Origin: an uncultured delta proteobacterium
Lineage (GTDB): Bacteria > Desulfobacterota > Binatia > UBA9968
Reading direction: 5' to 3'
NCBI GenBank assembly: GCA_963745835.1
Contig: CAVUZH010000003.1
Location: 64,001 to 128,000 of the forward strand
DNA length: 64,000 bases
Part shown: piece by piece, positions 1 through 8,944 of the stretch
How positions within the stretch are numbered: position 1 is the first letter of the stretch
How the letters are laid out: every line of letters starts with the position of its first letter
Position numbers and translations under genes: made by a program
Notes under the pieces: generated by a model
Seen by the model: only the letters and a program-made list of their open reading frames with translations
Told to the model about the DNA's origin: nothing
The model's database searches: none

Positions 1-33
1 AGTGGTCGCGCAGCTCGGGCATCTGACCAGCAT
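1..33 (-). CDS. 5' end of a zinc-ribbon (MJ0042-finger-like) protein, running off the left edge
   Basis: Minus-strand ATG at 33 reads MLVRCPSCATT (M-x3-CPxC-x-T pattern), with AAGGGA RBS upstream; only 11 codons visible. Confidence 0.55.
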   Translation of the reverse strand, partial: MLVRCPSCATT

Positions 34-185
34 TAATTGGTTCCCTTGGTGAAAAGTAGATCGACGGAATGGAGAGATATCACGGGTATTTTAAGCCAAT
101 TCGCGAAAACTTCAAGGTTTTGATATCACGTTTTGTTTCGGCCTGAATAAAAGATAGTGGAAAACGTCAAACAGGCAGGGTCAAT

Positions 186-740
186 GTGGAGCTAAGTGAC
201 TGGCAGCTGGTCCAAAAGTGTCAAGCTGGAGATATTGCAAGCTTCCAAGAACTGGTTTCGCGATATCATCAGAAGGTCTACATGGTCATCGTTGGCTTAC
301 TACGCAACCCGGATGATGCCATGGAGGTCGCGCAGGAGTCGTTTTTTCGGGCCTATCGAAAGATCACCAGCTTTCAAGGTCAATCTTCTTTTTATACCTG
401 GCTTTACCGGATCGCGATCAATATTTGCATCGATCATCAGAGGCGTGAAAAGAGGAGCCCTCTGGAGTTTCGCGAGAGCATGGATGAGGTTTTTGAACAG
501 CAGAATGAGGTTGCCAAAGATCCGTTTTTAGATGTTCACGATCGCGAGCTGAGAGAGAAAATGTTGTCTGCAATAGATGATTTGACTCCCGAGCACAAAG
601 CCGTCATCGTTCTGAGGACTTTGGAAGGCATGTCATATAAAGACATTGGCGAAATTCTCGGCTGCTCCGAAGGAACGGTCATGAGTCGCTTACATTATGC
701 CCGAAAAAAACTTCAGCATAAGCTGAGCGCCTTTTTATGA
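186..740 (+). CDS. ECF RNA polymerase sigma factor (RpoE/sigma-24 family)
   Basis: 184 aa with region 2 (DAMEVAQESFFRAY...FYTWLYRIAIN) and region 4 (GMSYKDIGEILGCSEGTVMSRLHYARKKL). Confidence 0.93.
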   Translation: MELSDWQLVQKCQAGDIASFQELVSRYHQKVYMVIVGLLRNPDDAMEVAQESFFRAYRKITSFQGQSSFYTWLYRIAINICIDHQRREKRSPLEFRESMDEVFEQQNEVAKDPFLDVHDRELREKMLSAIDDLTPEHKAVIVLRTLEGMSYKDIGEILGCSEGTVMSRLHYARKKLQHKLSAFL

Positions 741-1279
741 GTAACTGTGAAACTACTAGAGAAACTATCGGAGCCTGGCTCGATGGCGAACTCGCCGCGG
801 CGCAAGCCGAGGCTACCGGTCGTCATCTTGAAGTGTGCGCCGCCTGTCGCGAAGAGAGGCACCGGTTGGAACGTCTCCACTCCAGTATGCGGTCGGTCTT
901 GGAAGCGAATGGGTCAGAGATTCAATTTGAGCCATTTTGGCAGGGCGTACAGCGACGCATCGCGCAGAAGAGGAATTGGTACGACGAACTGGGCGATCGG
1001 GTTCGAGGCACCTTCAGCGCTCCTAGGCTCGCTTGGGCCATTCCCGCAGTGATCGTAATTGTGCTCGCAGGATTGTACATCGATTCGTTCTTCCCCAATG
1101 CAAAAGTCGGCACCCAGAGCGACAATTTGGCTACGGTTGAATCGATCGATGCATACGGACGCAATGTCGCCCTGCTACATGAGGGTGAAACGAACACCAC
1201 GGTGATTTGGCTGTACCAACCTCAAGAAACCGAGAATGACTCTTCTACGGAACCTTCTGAAACTAAGCCTTCTTTCTAG
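737..1279 (+). CDS. Zinc-binding anti-sigma factor (zf-HC2/ZAS) with one TM helix
   Basis: HLEVCAAC (HxxxCxxC), TM segment WAIPAVIVIVLAGLYI, ATGA overlap with the sigma gene. Confidence 0.88.
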   Translation: MSNCETTRETIGAWLDGELAAAQAEATGRHLEVCAACREERHRLERLHSSMRSVLEANGSEIQFEPFWQGVQRRIAQKRNWYDELGDRVRGTFSAPRLAWAIPAVIVIVLAGLYIDSFFPNAKVGTQSDNLATVESIDAYGRNVALLHEGETNTTVIWLYQPQETENDSSTEPSETKPSF

Positions 1280-1697
1280 CCTCCTGTTGCTGGCGGTGTA
1301 CGCCGAAGGCGCTGAGACTGGATCGAGGCCTGTTCAGGTAAAGATCGGCACTATTCTAGCGTCAAACGAAAGCGATCAGTTCGATGCGCGGCTTAAGCCA
1401 ATGGAGAGGCAATTGAAAGTGATGAAATATCGTTCTTATCGCCTGCTGAAAGAAGATAGCCAAGCGGTTCCATGGAACGATAATGCAACATTTGAAATTC
1501 CCGGGGGCAGGTCGCTTGCCATCTCGCCTCAAGACACAAAAGATAAACAAATCGCTTTGAAGGTCCGCTTGACCGAGGGTACGAAGCCTTTGTTGGATAC
1601 CACAGTGCGACTTCAAAACCAGGGTTACTTTCTACTAGGTGGGCCGCCGCATGAGGGCGGAGCTTTGGTGATATCGATATCCGCCTTTGCGCAATAG
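1236..1697 (+). CDS. Exported hypothetical protein, third gene of the ECF operon
   Basis: 153 aa with a signal-peptide-like N-terminus; overlaps the anti-sigma gene. Confidence 0.7.
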   Translation: MTLLRNLLKLSLLSSLLLLAVYAEGAETGSRPVQVKIGTILASNESDQFDARLKPMERQLKVMKYRSYRLLKEDSQAVPWNDNATFEIPGGRSLAISPQDTKDKQIALKVRLTEGTKPLLDTTVRLQNQGYFLLGGPPHEGGALVISISAFAQ

Positions 1698-1955
1698 CTA
1701 CTCGACAACATTTTTTTCGATCGGCTCGACCGTCACTCCCTTTTCCTTGAGCCATGCAACGGCTTTGTCTACTTCGGTCTGTGCGCCGTTGATCTCGAGG
1801 GCCATCAATGCCATCTCGGCAGTCACAGTTGAGCCGCGAATGTTGAAAACCACGTCGAATTGCTTTGCCATTGAAGACAGCACGGGTTCTCGCACCAGAG
1901 TCCTGGGGAACGTGAGGTAGATTCTCTCGCGGACTGCTTCTCGCTTCTTCTTCAT
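1698..1955 (-). CDS. NIL-domain protein
   Basis: 85 aa, YLTFP...EPVL...FDVVFNIRG...WLKEKGVTVEPIE matches the NIL domain pattern; last gene of the sulfur operon. Confidence 0.85.
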   Translation of the reverse strand: MKKKREAVRERIYLTFPRTLVREPVLSSMAKQFDVVFNIRGSTVTAEMALMALEINGAQTEVDKAVAWLKEKGVTVEPIEKNVVE

Positions 1956-1958
1956 TTT

Positions 1959-2960
1959 CTAAATCGAAAACTTCAGCTTGCCAACCGCCATTCGGTCGCG
2001 CCAGCCGACCCACAGGCTGGTGGATAGGTACTTGTCCCCGAAGTCAGGAAAAACCGTGACGATAATGCCAGAATGCAGCTTGCGCGCTATTTTCAGGCTG
2101 GCAAACATGGCTGCGCCCGATGACTGGCCGACTAAAATCCCTTCTTCTTGGCTCAAGCGGTACACCATGGCATAGGCGTCTTCGGTTGAGACCGGAATCT
2201 TACGATCCAGCTCATCTTCATGATAGATGCCGGGCACGATTGAGCTCGCCATGTGCTTGAGCCCCTCGAGACCGTGTAGGGCGTCATCGGGTTCGACGGC
2301 AATAACCTGTATGCCCCGATTCAACTCTTTAAGATAACGCCCCGTCCCCATTATGGTTCCGCCGGTGCCGATACCTGCGACGAAATGAGTGATCTTGCCA
2401 TCGGTTTGCCGATAAACTTCCGGTCCGGTTGTCTCGTAGTGGGCCTGTGGATTCATGGAATTAAAATATTGATCGGGTTTAAAGTAACGGTCAGGATTGT
2501 CTCGTAGAATTTCGCGGCTAAGCCGGATCGCGCCATCAGAGCCTTCTAGCGGATCGCTGAAGGTGATTTTGGCACCGTAAGCCTGGATAATCTGCTTGCG
2601 CTCAATACTAACGTTGGCCGGAATCACCAGCTCGACGGGAAAGCCCAACACTCTACCGATTAACGCCAAGCCGATGCCGGTGTTGCCGGAGGTTGAATCG
2701 AGAATGACTTTGTCGGGCGTTAGAGTTCCGACCTGAATTCCTTGTTGAATCATCCGCAACGCCGGCCGATCCTTAACCGAACCGCCCGGATTGAATCCTT
2801 CTAATTTGGCAAATATGCGAACTCCGGCAGACAAGCCTTCGGTAATCTTGCGGATCTCCAGCAGCGGAGTGTTGCCGATGAGATCGAGCACCGAGCCGAT
2901 CTCTTTTGATTCCCGTGGGAGCGCGTGAACCAGCCGCAAGTTGTGATTGGCTTTCACCAT
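1959..2960 (-). CDS. cysM: PLP-dependent cysteine synthase family protein (CysM-like)
   Basis: IGNTPL, AKLEGFNPGGSVKDR (PLP Lys), STSGNTGI, GIGTGGT, DKYLS motifs; adjacent to a sulfur-carrier gene. Confidence 0.85.
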   Translation of the reverse strand: MVKANHNLRLVHALPRESKEIGSVLDLIGNTPLLEIRKITEGLSAGVRIFAKLEGFNPGGSVKDRPALRMIQQGIQVGTLTPDKVILDSTSGNTGIGLALIGRVLGFPVELVIPANVSIERKQIIQAYGAKITFSDPLEGSDGAIRLSREILRDNPDRYFKPDQYFNSMNPQAHYETTGPEVYRQTDGKITHFVAGIGTGGTIMGTGRYLKELNRGIQVIAVEPDDALHGLEGLKHMASSIVPGIYHEDELDRKIPVSTEDAYAMVYRLSQEEGILVGQSSGAAMFASLKIARKLHSGIIVTVFPDFGDKYLSTSLWVGWRDRMAVGKLKFSI

Positions 2961-2980
2961 AAGCTCAAAGTGATGTTCCG

Positions 2981-3259
2981 CTAACGCCCTCCGGCAATGG
3001 CGGGAACGATAGAGATGTTGTCGCCTTCTTTAAGCGCGGTCTCCAGGTTTTGTAAAAAACGAATATCGTCGCCATTGACATACACATTGACGAATCGCCG
3101 TACTTTGCCGGTCTCGTCACAAATTCGTTCTTTGATCCCGGGATAGTTTTTTTCCAGGTCTTCGACGATCGACCGGATATTGTTTCCTTGCGCGTTGACC
3201 TCGTCAACTCCTTGGGTGAATTTGCGCAATGGCGTAGGAACACGAACTCGAACCGACAT
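2981..3259 (-). CDS. Ubiquitin-like sulfur carrier (MoaD/ThiS/CysO family) with C-terminus GG-R
   Basis: VRVPTPLR...RRFVNVYVNGDDIRFL...ISIVPAIAGGR; AGGAGG RBS spacing favours the ATG at 3259. Confidence 0.92.
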   Translation of the reverse strand: MSVRVRVPTPLRKFTQGVDEVNAQGNNIRSIVEDLEKNYPGIKERICDETGKVRRFVNVYVNGDDIRFLQNLETALKEGDNISIVPAIAGGR

Positions 3260-3352
3260 AACCATCCTCCTGAAAACTTACCGGCGTTCTAGCCTTAGCT
3301 AACATAGTCCGTAGCCTGGGGCCATGCAAGCCGTTACACCGGCATGATAAAA

Positions 3353-4603
3353 TTAGTTGCCTGCCGCCAGTGAAACCGGCGGATTCAGATGTTGATAGAG
3401 CTGATCGAAATTTTCCAACGTGGCTTTAATCGTGTAGGGCTGCTCGACGCTGCGGGCTACCGCCTCAAGAGTTTTGTAACCGTTACCAGTGATGTTAATA
3501 ACGATCGAATGATCATGCGGAATTCGTCCTTTTTGGATAAGTTTCCTGGTTACCGCGACTTCGGTTCCTCCCGCCGGCCCGGTAAAGATTCCTTCAGTCC
3601 TTGCGAGCAGTTTGATCCCTTCAATAATTTCTTCATCCGTGACACTCTCGCCCCAAACCGCCGACTCTTTGATCGCGTGAACGACGTAGTAGCCATCTGC
3701 CGGATTGCCAATCGCGATCGAACTCGCAATCGTGTTGGGCTTTACCGGACTTATCATATCCGTGCCCTTATGAAGGGCATTGATGATCGGAGCGCATCCA
3801 GCGGCCTGCGCCGAGTAAATCTTGCAACCGGTATCTTGCACCAGTCCCACTTTCCTTGAACGCCTTGGCCAGCTTGGGCAGAATGGTTCCACCCGCCGAG
3901 GCAACCACGACGCGTTTAGGAAGCTTCCAACCTAGCTGTTCGGCGATCTCATAAGCATGTGTTTTTACGCCTTCCGAATAGTAAGGCCGTAGATTCACGT
4001 TGACGAACGCCCAACCATACTTATCGCCGATTTCGCTGCAGATCCGGTTGACGTCATCGTAGTTCTCTTTGATGACGATCGTTTTTTGTCCATAAATAGC
4101 TGAGCCAATAATTTTTCCCTGTTCCAGTCCGTCGGGAATAAAAACATAGCAATTGAGTCCGGCTTTGGCGGCGTGAGCGGCGACAGAGTTCGCAAGATTA
4201 CCGGTCGAGGCGCACGAGACCGTATCGAAGCCGAATTCGATAGCCTTGGCGATAGCGACGGAGACCACCCGATCCTTATATGAAAAGGTCGGGTGATTGA
4301 CTGAATCATCTTTGGTGTAAAGCTCCTTCACTCTAATGCTTCCGCCAATCGATGGGCTTTGACCAGCGGAGTAAAACCCGAATACATCCCAACCTGCCCT
4401 TCTCCATCGATCGGCAGCAGCTCGCGATAGCGCCAAAGATTTTTGTCGCGTCCGGCGATCTTTCCGCGGCTGATTGCATTAGCGATGACGTCATAGTTGT
4501 AAACGATTTCCAGTGGCCCGAAGCAAGTCTCGCAAACATGCAGCGGCTCTTTAGGGTAGTCTTGACCGCACTCTCGACACTGGAGTCCTCTGACAAAACT
4601 CAT
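3353..4603 (-). pseudogene. thrC: Threonine-synthase-like PLP enzyme split by two frameshifts
   Basis: Three consecutive frames join into one ThrC-like protein (CRECG..CETC Zn ribbon; FSYKDR; CASTGNLA; IASSIAIGNPADG; ITGNGYK). Breaks near 4330 and 3852. Confidence 0.88.
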
Positions 4604-4621
4604 GAATCTTCCTTTCTAGTC

Positions 4622-5422
4622 CTACTCCTGGATGATTTTCGGAATCGGCGCCTCGCTCGTCATCAACGACCGGCACGCCGCGCAATCCGGGTCTTTCCTT
4701 ACCTCTACGTGATGAAACTTCATGGCTCTGGCGTCATAAGTAAGGAGACGATCCGTCAACAGTCCTTCTTCGAAGCCGATCAGATACTTGATGGCCTCGG
4801 TGGCTTGGATCGAGCCAATTGTTCCGGCGACGGCGCCGAGGATGCCGGACTGCTGGCAATTCAAGATTTCTGCCGGCGGCGGAGGCTCTTTGAAGAGGCA
4901 ACGGTAACAAGCAGTTTTGCCAGGAATCACAGTCATGGTTTGGCCCTGCCATCTGACGATGCCGGCATGTGAATAAGCCTTTTTCAAACGCACCGCGGCA
5001 TCGTTAACCAGGAACTTGGTCTCAAAATTATCGCTGCCGTCGATTATAAATTGATACTGCGAAAAGAGTTCATCTATATTGTCGGAACCAAGCCTTACAG
5101 GATAAGTAATCACCTCGACGTCGGGATTTAGCTGGGTAAGAGTCTCTTTGCCGGATTCTACTTTTGCCTTGCCCAGATCGGCGGTGGCATGAAGAATCTG
5201 ACGCTGCAGGTTCGATAGTTCGACATTATCGGCATCAATCAACCCCAAGGTGCCCGCGCCCGCTGCGGCTAGATAAAATGCGCTTGGCGAGCCCAAGCCG
5301 CCCGCGCCAATGATCAGAATTCGACCCTGGCGCAGGCGTATTTGTCCTTTGCCGCCGAAATCCGGCACAAGTATTTGACGGCTGTAGCGTTCAATCTGTT
5401 CTGTTGTCAGGCTGAGGCTCAT
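4622..5422 (-). CDS. moeB: HesA/MoeB/ThiF-family adenylyltransferase (E1-like), no rhodanese domain
   Basis: ERYSRQI, IGAGGLG, ELSNLQRQ, DGSDNF, CYRC and C-terminal CxxC motifs. Confidence 0.9.
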   Translation of the reverse strand: MSLSLTTEQIERYSRQILVPDFGGKGQIRLRQGRILIIGAGGLGSPSAFYLAAAGAGTLGLIDADNVELSNLQRQILHATADLGKAKVESGKETLTQLNPDVEVITYPVRLGSDNIDELFSQYQFIIDGSDNFETKFLVNDAAVRLKKAYSHAGIVRWQGQTMTVIPGKTACYRCLFKEPPPPAEILNCQQSGILGAVAGTIGSIQATEAIKYLIGFEEGLLTDRLLTYDARAMKFHHVEVRKDPDCAACRSLMTSEAPIPKIIQE

Positions 5423-5433
5423 AAAATTTTGTC

Positions 5434-5470
5434 AAAAAAAAACCTCTTCTGTCGATAAGAAGAGGTTTTT
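5434..5470 (-). terminator. Intrinsic terminator forming the SAM riboswitch expression platform
   Basis: Minus strand AAAAACCUCUUCU-UAUCGAC-AGAAGAGG followed by a U-tract; its 5' arm (ACCUC-UU-CUUAUC) can alternatively pair with GAUAAG-GU-GAGGU at the P1 3' strand (antiterminator). Confidence 0.88.
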
Positions 5471-5480
5471 AAATCACCTC

Positions 5481-5590
5481 ACCTTATCTTTCCCCCGGCA
5501 TCGCAGGGGTTGGAATTAGCACCAGGGTTCCTTTCGGAACCGGTTGCTGTGGCTTCGAAGGGCCGATCCCTCCACCACTCTGAATAAGGT
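5481..5590 (-). promoter_or_regulatory. SAM-I (S-box) riboswitch aptamer
   Basis: Minus strand ACCUUAUUCAGAGUGGUGGAGGGAUCGGCCCUUCGAAGCCACAGCAACC...UGGUGCUAAUUCC...GAUAAGGU; P1 ACCUUAU/AUAAGGU plus conserved GAGGGA, GCAACC and GUGCUAA motifs; sulfur genes downstream. Confidence 0.96.
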
Positions 5591-5608
5591 TCAGAATATT
5601 TAGTCGTG

Positions 5609-5637
5609 AACGTATCGTAGGTAATTCATAGTGTCAA
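5609..5637 (-). promoter_or_regulatory. Sigma-70-type promoter for the riboswitch leader
   Basis: TTGACA-17 nt-TACGTT on the minus strand, ending about 20 nt before the aptamer. Confidence 0.7.
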
Positions 5638-5857
5638 GCAATCAAGTGGACCCCATCAGAATGCGTAGTCGGCTAAACAAGGTTCTACGCGGCAGTCCTC
5701 CTTGTATCGAGGTTTTCAGAGAAGCCGCTGAGCGAGTGACCGTCATCCGAGCGACCCTCTGTACGGGTGGCGATTTGAAACAAGGTGAAAAACGATTCCA
5801 GTTCTGATATCAGTCTCCTGCGTTTTTGGATAAATCTGATGCGTTGAAGGAGCTTCG

Positions 5858-7327
5858 GTGGGTTTGACACAAGAAGTAGCGAATTACGTTTTTAAGGTGA
5901 GCTATAAAGATATTCCTTCGGAAGTGATTCGTTTGGCGCAGGGCTTCATCCTCGACGGACTCGGTGTGGCGCTGGCAGGCTCGACCGATGAGTGCTCGCG
6001 CATTGTGCAGGCGCATGTCCGGAAGTTGGGCGGCAGGGAAGAGTGCGCGGTGCTCGGGACTGCTTGGTCGGCACCGACGCCGAAAGCGGCGTTAGCCAAT
6101 GGTGTTGCCGGTCATGCTATGGACTACGACGACACGCAGCTCTCCACGTCCAAAGAGGCGGTGTATGGGTTGTTGACGCACCCGACGACACCGGTCTTGG
6201 CAGCCGTTTTGGCCGTCGGCGAGAAACAAAAAATTAGTGGCGCAGAGCTCCTGCTGGCGTACATCGTCGGAGTCGAAGTTGAGTGCCGCATCGCCGACTC
6301 GATCAATCCGCGCCATTATCAATCGGGGTTCCATTCGACTGCGACCATGGGCGGCCTCGGCGCAGTGATGGCGGTGGGGAAGCTTTTGCGGCTGAGGGAA
6401 AATGTTTTAGTTCAGGCCCTCGGTATCTGTGCCAGCATGGCCGCCGGACTGCGGGAGAACTTCGGTACCATGACCAAGCCGCTCCATGCCGGCCGCGCGG
6501 CTGAGAACGGTGTGACGGCCGCTCTGCTAGCGCAGAGCGGCTTTACCGCTGCCACCAACATTCTCGAAGCGCAGCGAGGGTTCTATCACGCCATGGCCGG
6601 CGGCTACGATGAAAGCAAGATCGCCGGCCGGCTTGGCCGCCCTTATTTTATGGAAGAGCCCGGGATATCGATCAAGCCTTACCCTTCGGGGTCCCTGTCT
6701 CATCCGGCCCAGGACTTGATTCTCGATCTGGTCAGAGAGCATGATCTCCATGCGTCTGATATCGAATCCATTGAGGTTGGCACCAACTCCAACGTACCCA
6801 ACGCCTTAATTTATCCGATGCCGAAGACGGCGCTGGAAGCAAAGTTCAGCATTCCTTTTTGCATGGCCATTGCGGTGCTCGAGCGCAAGGCCGGAATAGC
6901 CCAGTTCGCCGATAGTAAAGTACGGCAGAAAAAAGTCGTTGAACTGATGAAACGGGTCAGGCTTTACGTCGATGATGAGCTGGAGGCTCTGGGTTTCGAT
7001 CAGGTGCGCTCGCGCATTCGCATCAGACTTCATAACGGCCGGAGCATCGAAGGGCGGTATGATGTTGCTCGTGGCCACCCGGAAAAGCCCATGAGCTGGA
7101 GTGAGTTAGCCGAAAAGTTCAAAGAATGTGCGAGCCTTGCGGTGCCGGCGGATAATGCCGGACGTGTCATCGATCTGGTAGCTCGGCTGGCGGAGCTTAA
7201 AACTTTGAATCCATTGATTCGCGCGCTGGGGAGCTCAAAGGCCCGAAAGAAAATATCACCACGATTTACCCAAGCGCGCCTGCAGCACAGTAAGGAGCAC
7301 AAGTGGAGCCGTACTCGCAAGCCATAG
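5858..7327 (+). CDS. MmgE/PrpD family protein
   Basis: AALANGVAGHAMDYDD, THPT, GFHSTAT, TMTKPLHAG, IKPYPS, EAKFSIP, RGHPEKPMS motifs. Confidence 0.92.
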   Translation: MGLTQEVANYVFKVSYKDIPSEVIRLAQGFILDGLGVALAGSTDECSRIVQAHVRKLGGREECAVLGTAWSAPTPKAALANGVAGHAMDYDDTQLSTSKEAVYGLLTHPTTPVLAAVLAVGEKQKISGAELLLAYIVGVEVECRIADSINPRHYQSGFHSTATMGGLGAVMAVGKLLRLRENVLVQALGICASMAAGLRENFGTMTKPLHAGRAAENGVTAALLAQSGFTAATNILEAQRGFYHAMAGGYDESKIAGRLGRPYFMEEPGISIKPYPSGSLSHPAQDLILDLVREHDLHASDIESIEVGTNSNVPNALIYPMPKTALEAKFSIPFCMAIAVLERKAGIAQFADSKVRQKKVVELMKRVRLYVDDELEALGFDQVRSRIRIRLHNGRSIEGRYDVARGHPEKPMSWSELAEKFKECASLAVPADNAGRVIDLVARLAELKTLNPLIRALGSSKARKKISPRFTQARLQHSKEHKWSRTRKP

Positions 7328-7857
7328 GACGATTTGTCCGTGGCTTGAGCATAGACGATGTTCCCCAAGCCGTCGTCGATAAAGCCAAGCTGGTCCTTCT
7401 CGATACGATTGGCGTGGCGCTAGCCTCTTCGACAATGCAGTTCGGCGCTATGGTAACGAGAGTTGCGCAAGCTTTCCGGGGGGTCGCCGAACCGGTCATG
7501 CTCATTCGTGGCCGCGCCGGCCTCGAGGAGTTTACTGATGAAGCGATTCACGAGCCTACGGTGCTGGCTCTCGCGAGAAAGGTACGCTACGAACTCGACT
7601 CGACGATTGATTATCCCTGACACTTCTCGGGTCACGTGAAGATTCGCTTGGCTGATGGCAGCGTCCTTGAAGCGGATCAGGCCCATCCGCGGGGCGGGTT
7701 CGAAGACCCGCTGCCGCCCGAGGAGATTCAAGCCAAGTTTCGCGCTAATGCGTCACTCCGTCTGCCACCGGACCGAGCCGATCAGATCATTGAGGTTGTG
7801 GCACGGCTGGAAGAGATGCCAACCATTACGTCGTTGAGCGATCTGTTGAAACCTTGA
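7303..7857 (+). pseudogene. Second MmgE/PrpD gene with a large internal deletion and an in-frame stop
   Basis: N-terminus (VPQAVVDKAKLVLLDTIGVALA) joined almost directly to the C-terminal domain (FTDEAI...IDYP*HFSGHVKI...PRGGFEDPL...AKFRANA); about 184 codons versus about 450-490 for the family; TGA at 7618-7620. Confidence 0.8.
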
Positions 7858-7910
7858 AAATAAGAGTAAAGTCTCGAGAGAGCCAGTCCTAGTACATGGA
7901 GGAGCGAATC

Positions 7911-8930
7911 ATGAAACTAAAATTCTGCTTGTTCATTCTTGCCATATGTTTCGTTTCAATTCCCCGAGCGCGCGCGCAAGATCCTCAGCTTGTCCAGGCG
8001 GCGCGAAAAGAAGGCAAGGTCGTTTGGCATACGTCCTTAGCGTTGCCCTCTTCGACCGCAATCTCGCATTACTTTCAAGGTAAATACAAAGGCATCGAAG
8101 TGGAAGTGCACCGTAACGGCTCGCAGCGGGTTTTGCAAAGATTCATGCAAGAGGCGACGGCGGGATTGAAGAATGCCGATATCGTGCATACTTCGGACGC
8201 CGGTCACTTTGAGCTTTTGAAAGACAAAGGGATGCTGCTGAAGTTCACTCCGCAGAGCGTTGCCGGTTTTCCCGACGGCTTCAAGGATAAGACCGGATTT
8301 TACTATGGCATGAGGGCTACGCTTTCAGTCATCGCTCATAATCCGAAAATCATTGCGGAAAAAGATGCGCCGCAAACCTGGAAGGATCTTTTAAATCCCA
8401 AATGGGGCGGCAAGATGGTCACCGCTCATCCCGGCTACAGCGGCATTATTATGACCCATGTGCTGGCGCTGGTGAACGTTTATGGCTGGGACTATTTTCG
8501 CGATCTGGCGAAAAACAAATTGCATATCGTTCAATCAGCTAATGATCCGGCGGGCGTCGTCGCATCGGGAGAGCGGCCGGTGGGTGTCAATGGAGCGGAA
8601 TACTTTTATTACAAGACATTGAAACAGGGTAATCCGATCAAGATCATCTATCCCAAAGAGGGGGTTCCGTTGGTGGTTTCACCGGTGGCTATTGCCAAGG
8701 ATGCGCCTCATCCCAACGCGGCGAAACTCTTCACCGAATTCATTTTTTCTAAAGAGTCGCAGCAGCTGTTGGCGGATAAAGAAGGTCTGTATACCGGCCA
8801 TCCCGAGGTGACCTATCCGGCGGATAAGCCCAAGCTCAAGGATCTAAAGCTGCTGGCAGCCGACGCCGACGAACTGGAAAAACGCAATGCCGAGATAAAG
8901 AAGCGTTTCACCGAATTTTTCGGCGCGTAG
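7911..8930 (+). CDS. ABC transporter substrate-binding protein (Fe3+/thiamine/polyamine-type)
   Basis: Signal peptide, AARKEGKVVW, PQTWKDLL, APHPNAAKLF; GGAGG RBS before ATG 7911. Confidence 0.9.
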   Translation: MKLKFCLFILAICFVSIPRARAQDPQLVQAARKEGKVVWHTSLALPSSTAISHYFQGKYKGIEVEVHRNGSQRVLQRFMQEATAGLKNADIVHTSDAGHFELLKDKGMLLKFTPQSVAGFPDGFKDKTGFYYGMRATLSVIAHNPKIIAEKDAPQTWKDLLNPKWGGKMVTAHPGYSGIIMTHVLALVNVYGWDYFRDLAKNKLHIVQSANDPAGVVASGERPVGVNGAEYFYYKTLKQGNPIKIIYPKEGVPLVVSPVAIAKDAPHPNAAKLFTEFIFSKESQQLLADKEGLYTGHPEVTYPADKPKLKDLKLLAADADELEKRNAEIKKRFTEFFGA

Positions 8931-8944
8931 CAGAGAAAATATTC

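Noticed and set aside
7618-7620. In-frame TGA in the second MmgE/PrpD gene as a possible selenocysteine
   Set aside because: It is not at a Cys-type motif position (YP-x-HF, plausibly CGA to TGA), the nearby hairpin loop is only about 9 nt from the UGA, and the gene is already internally deleted.
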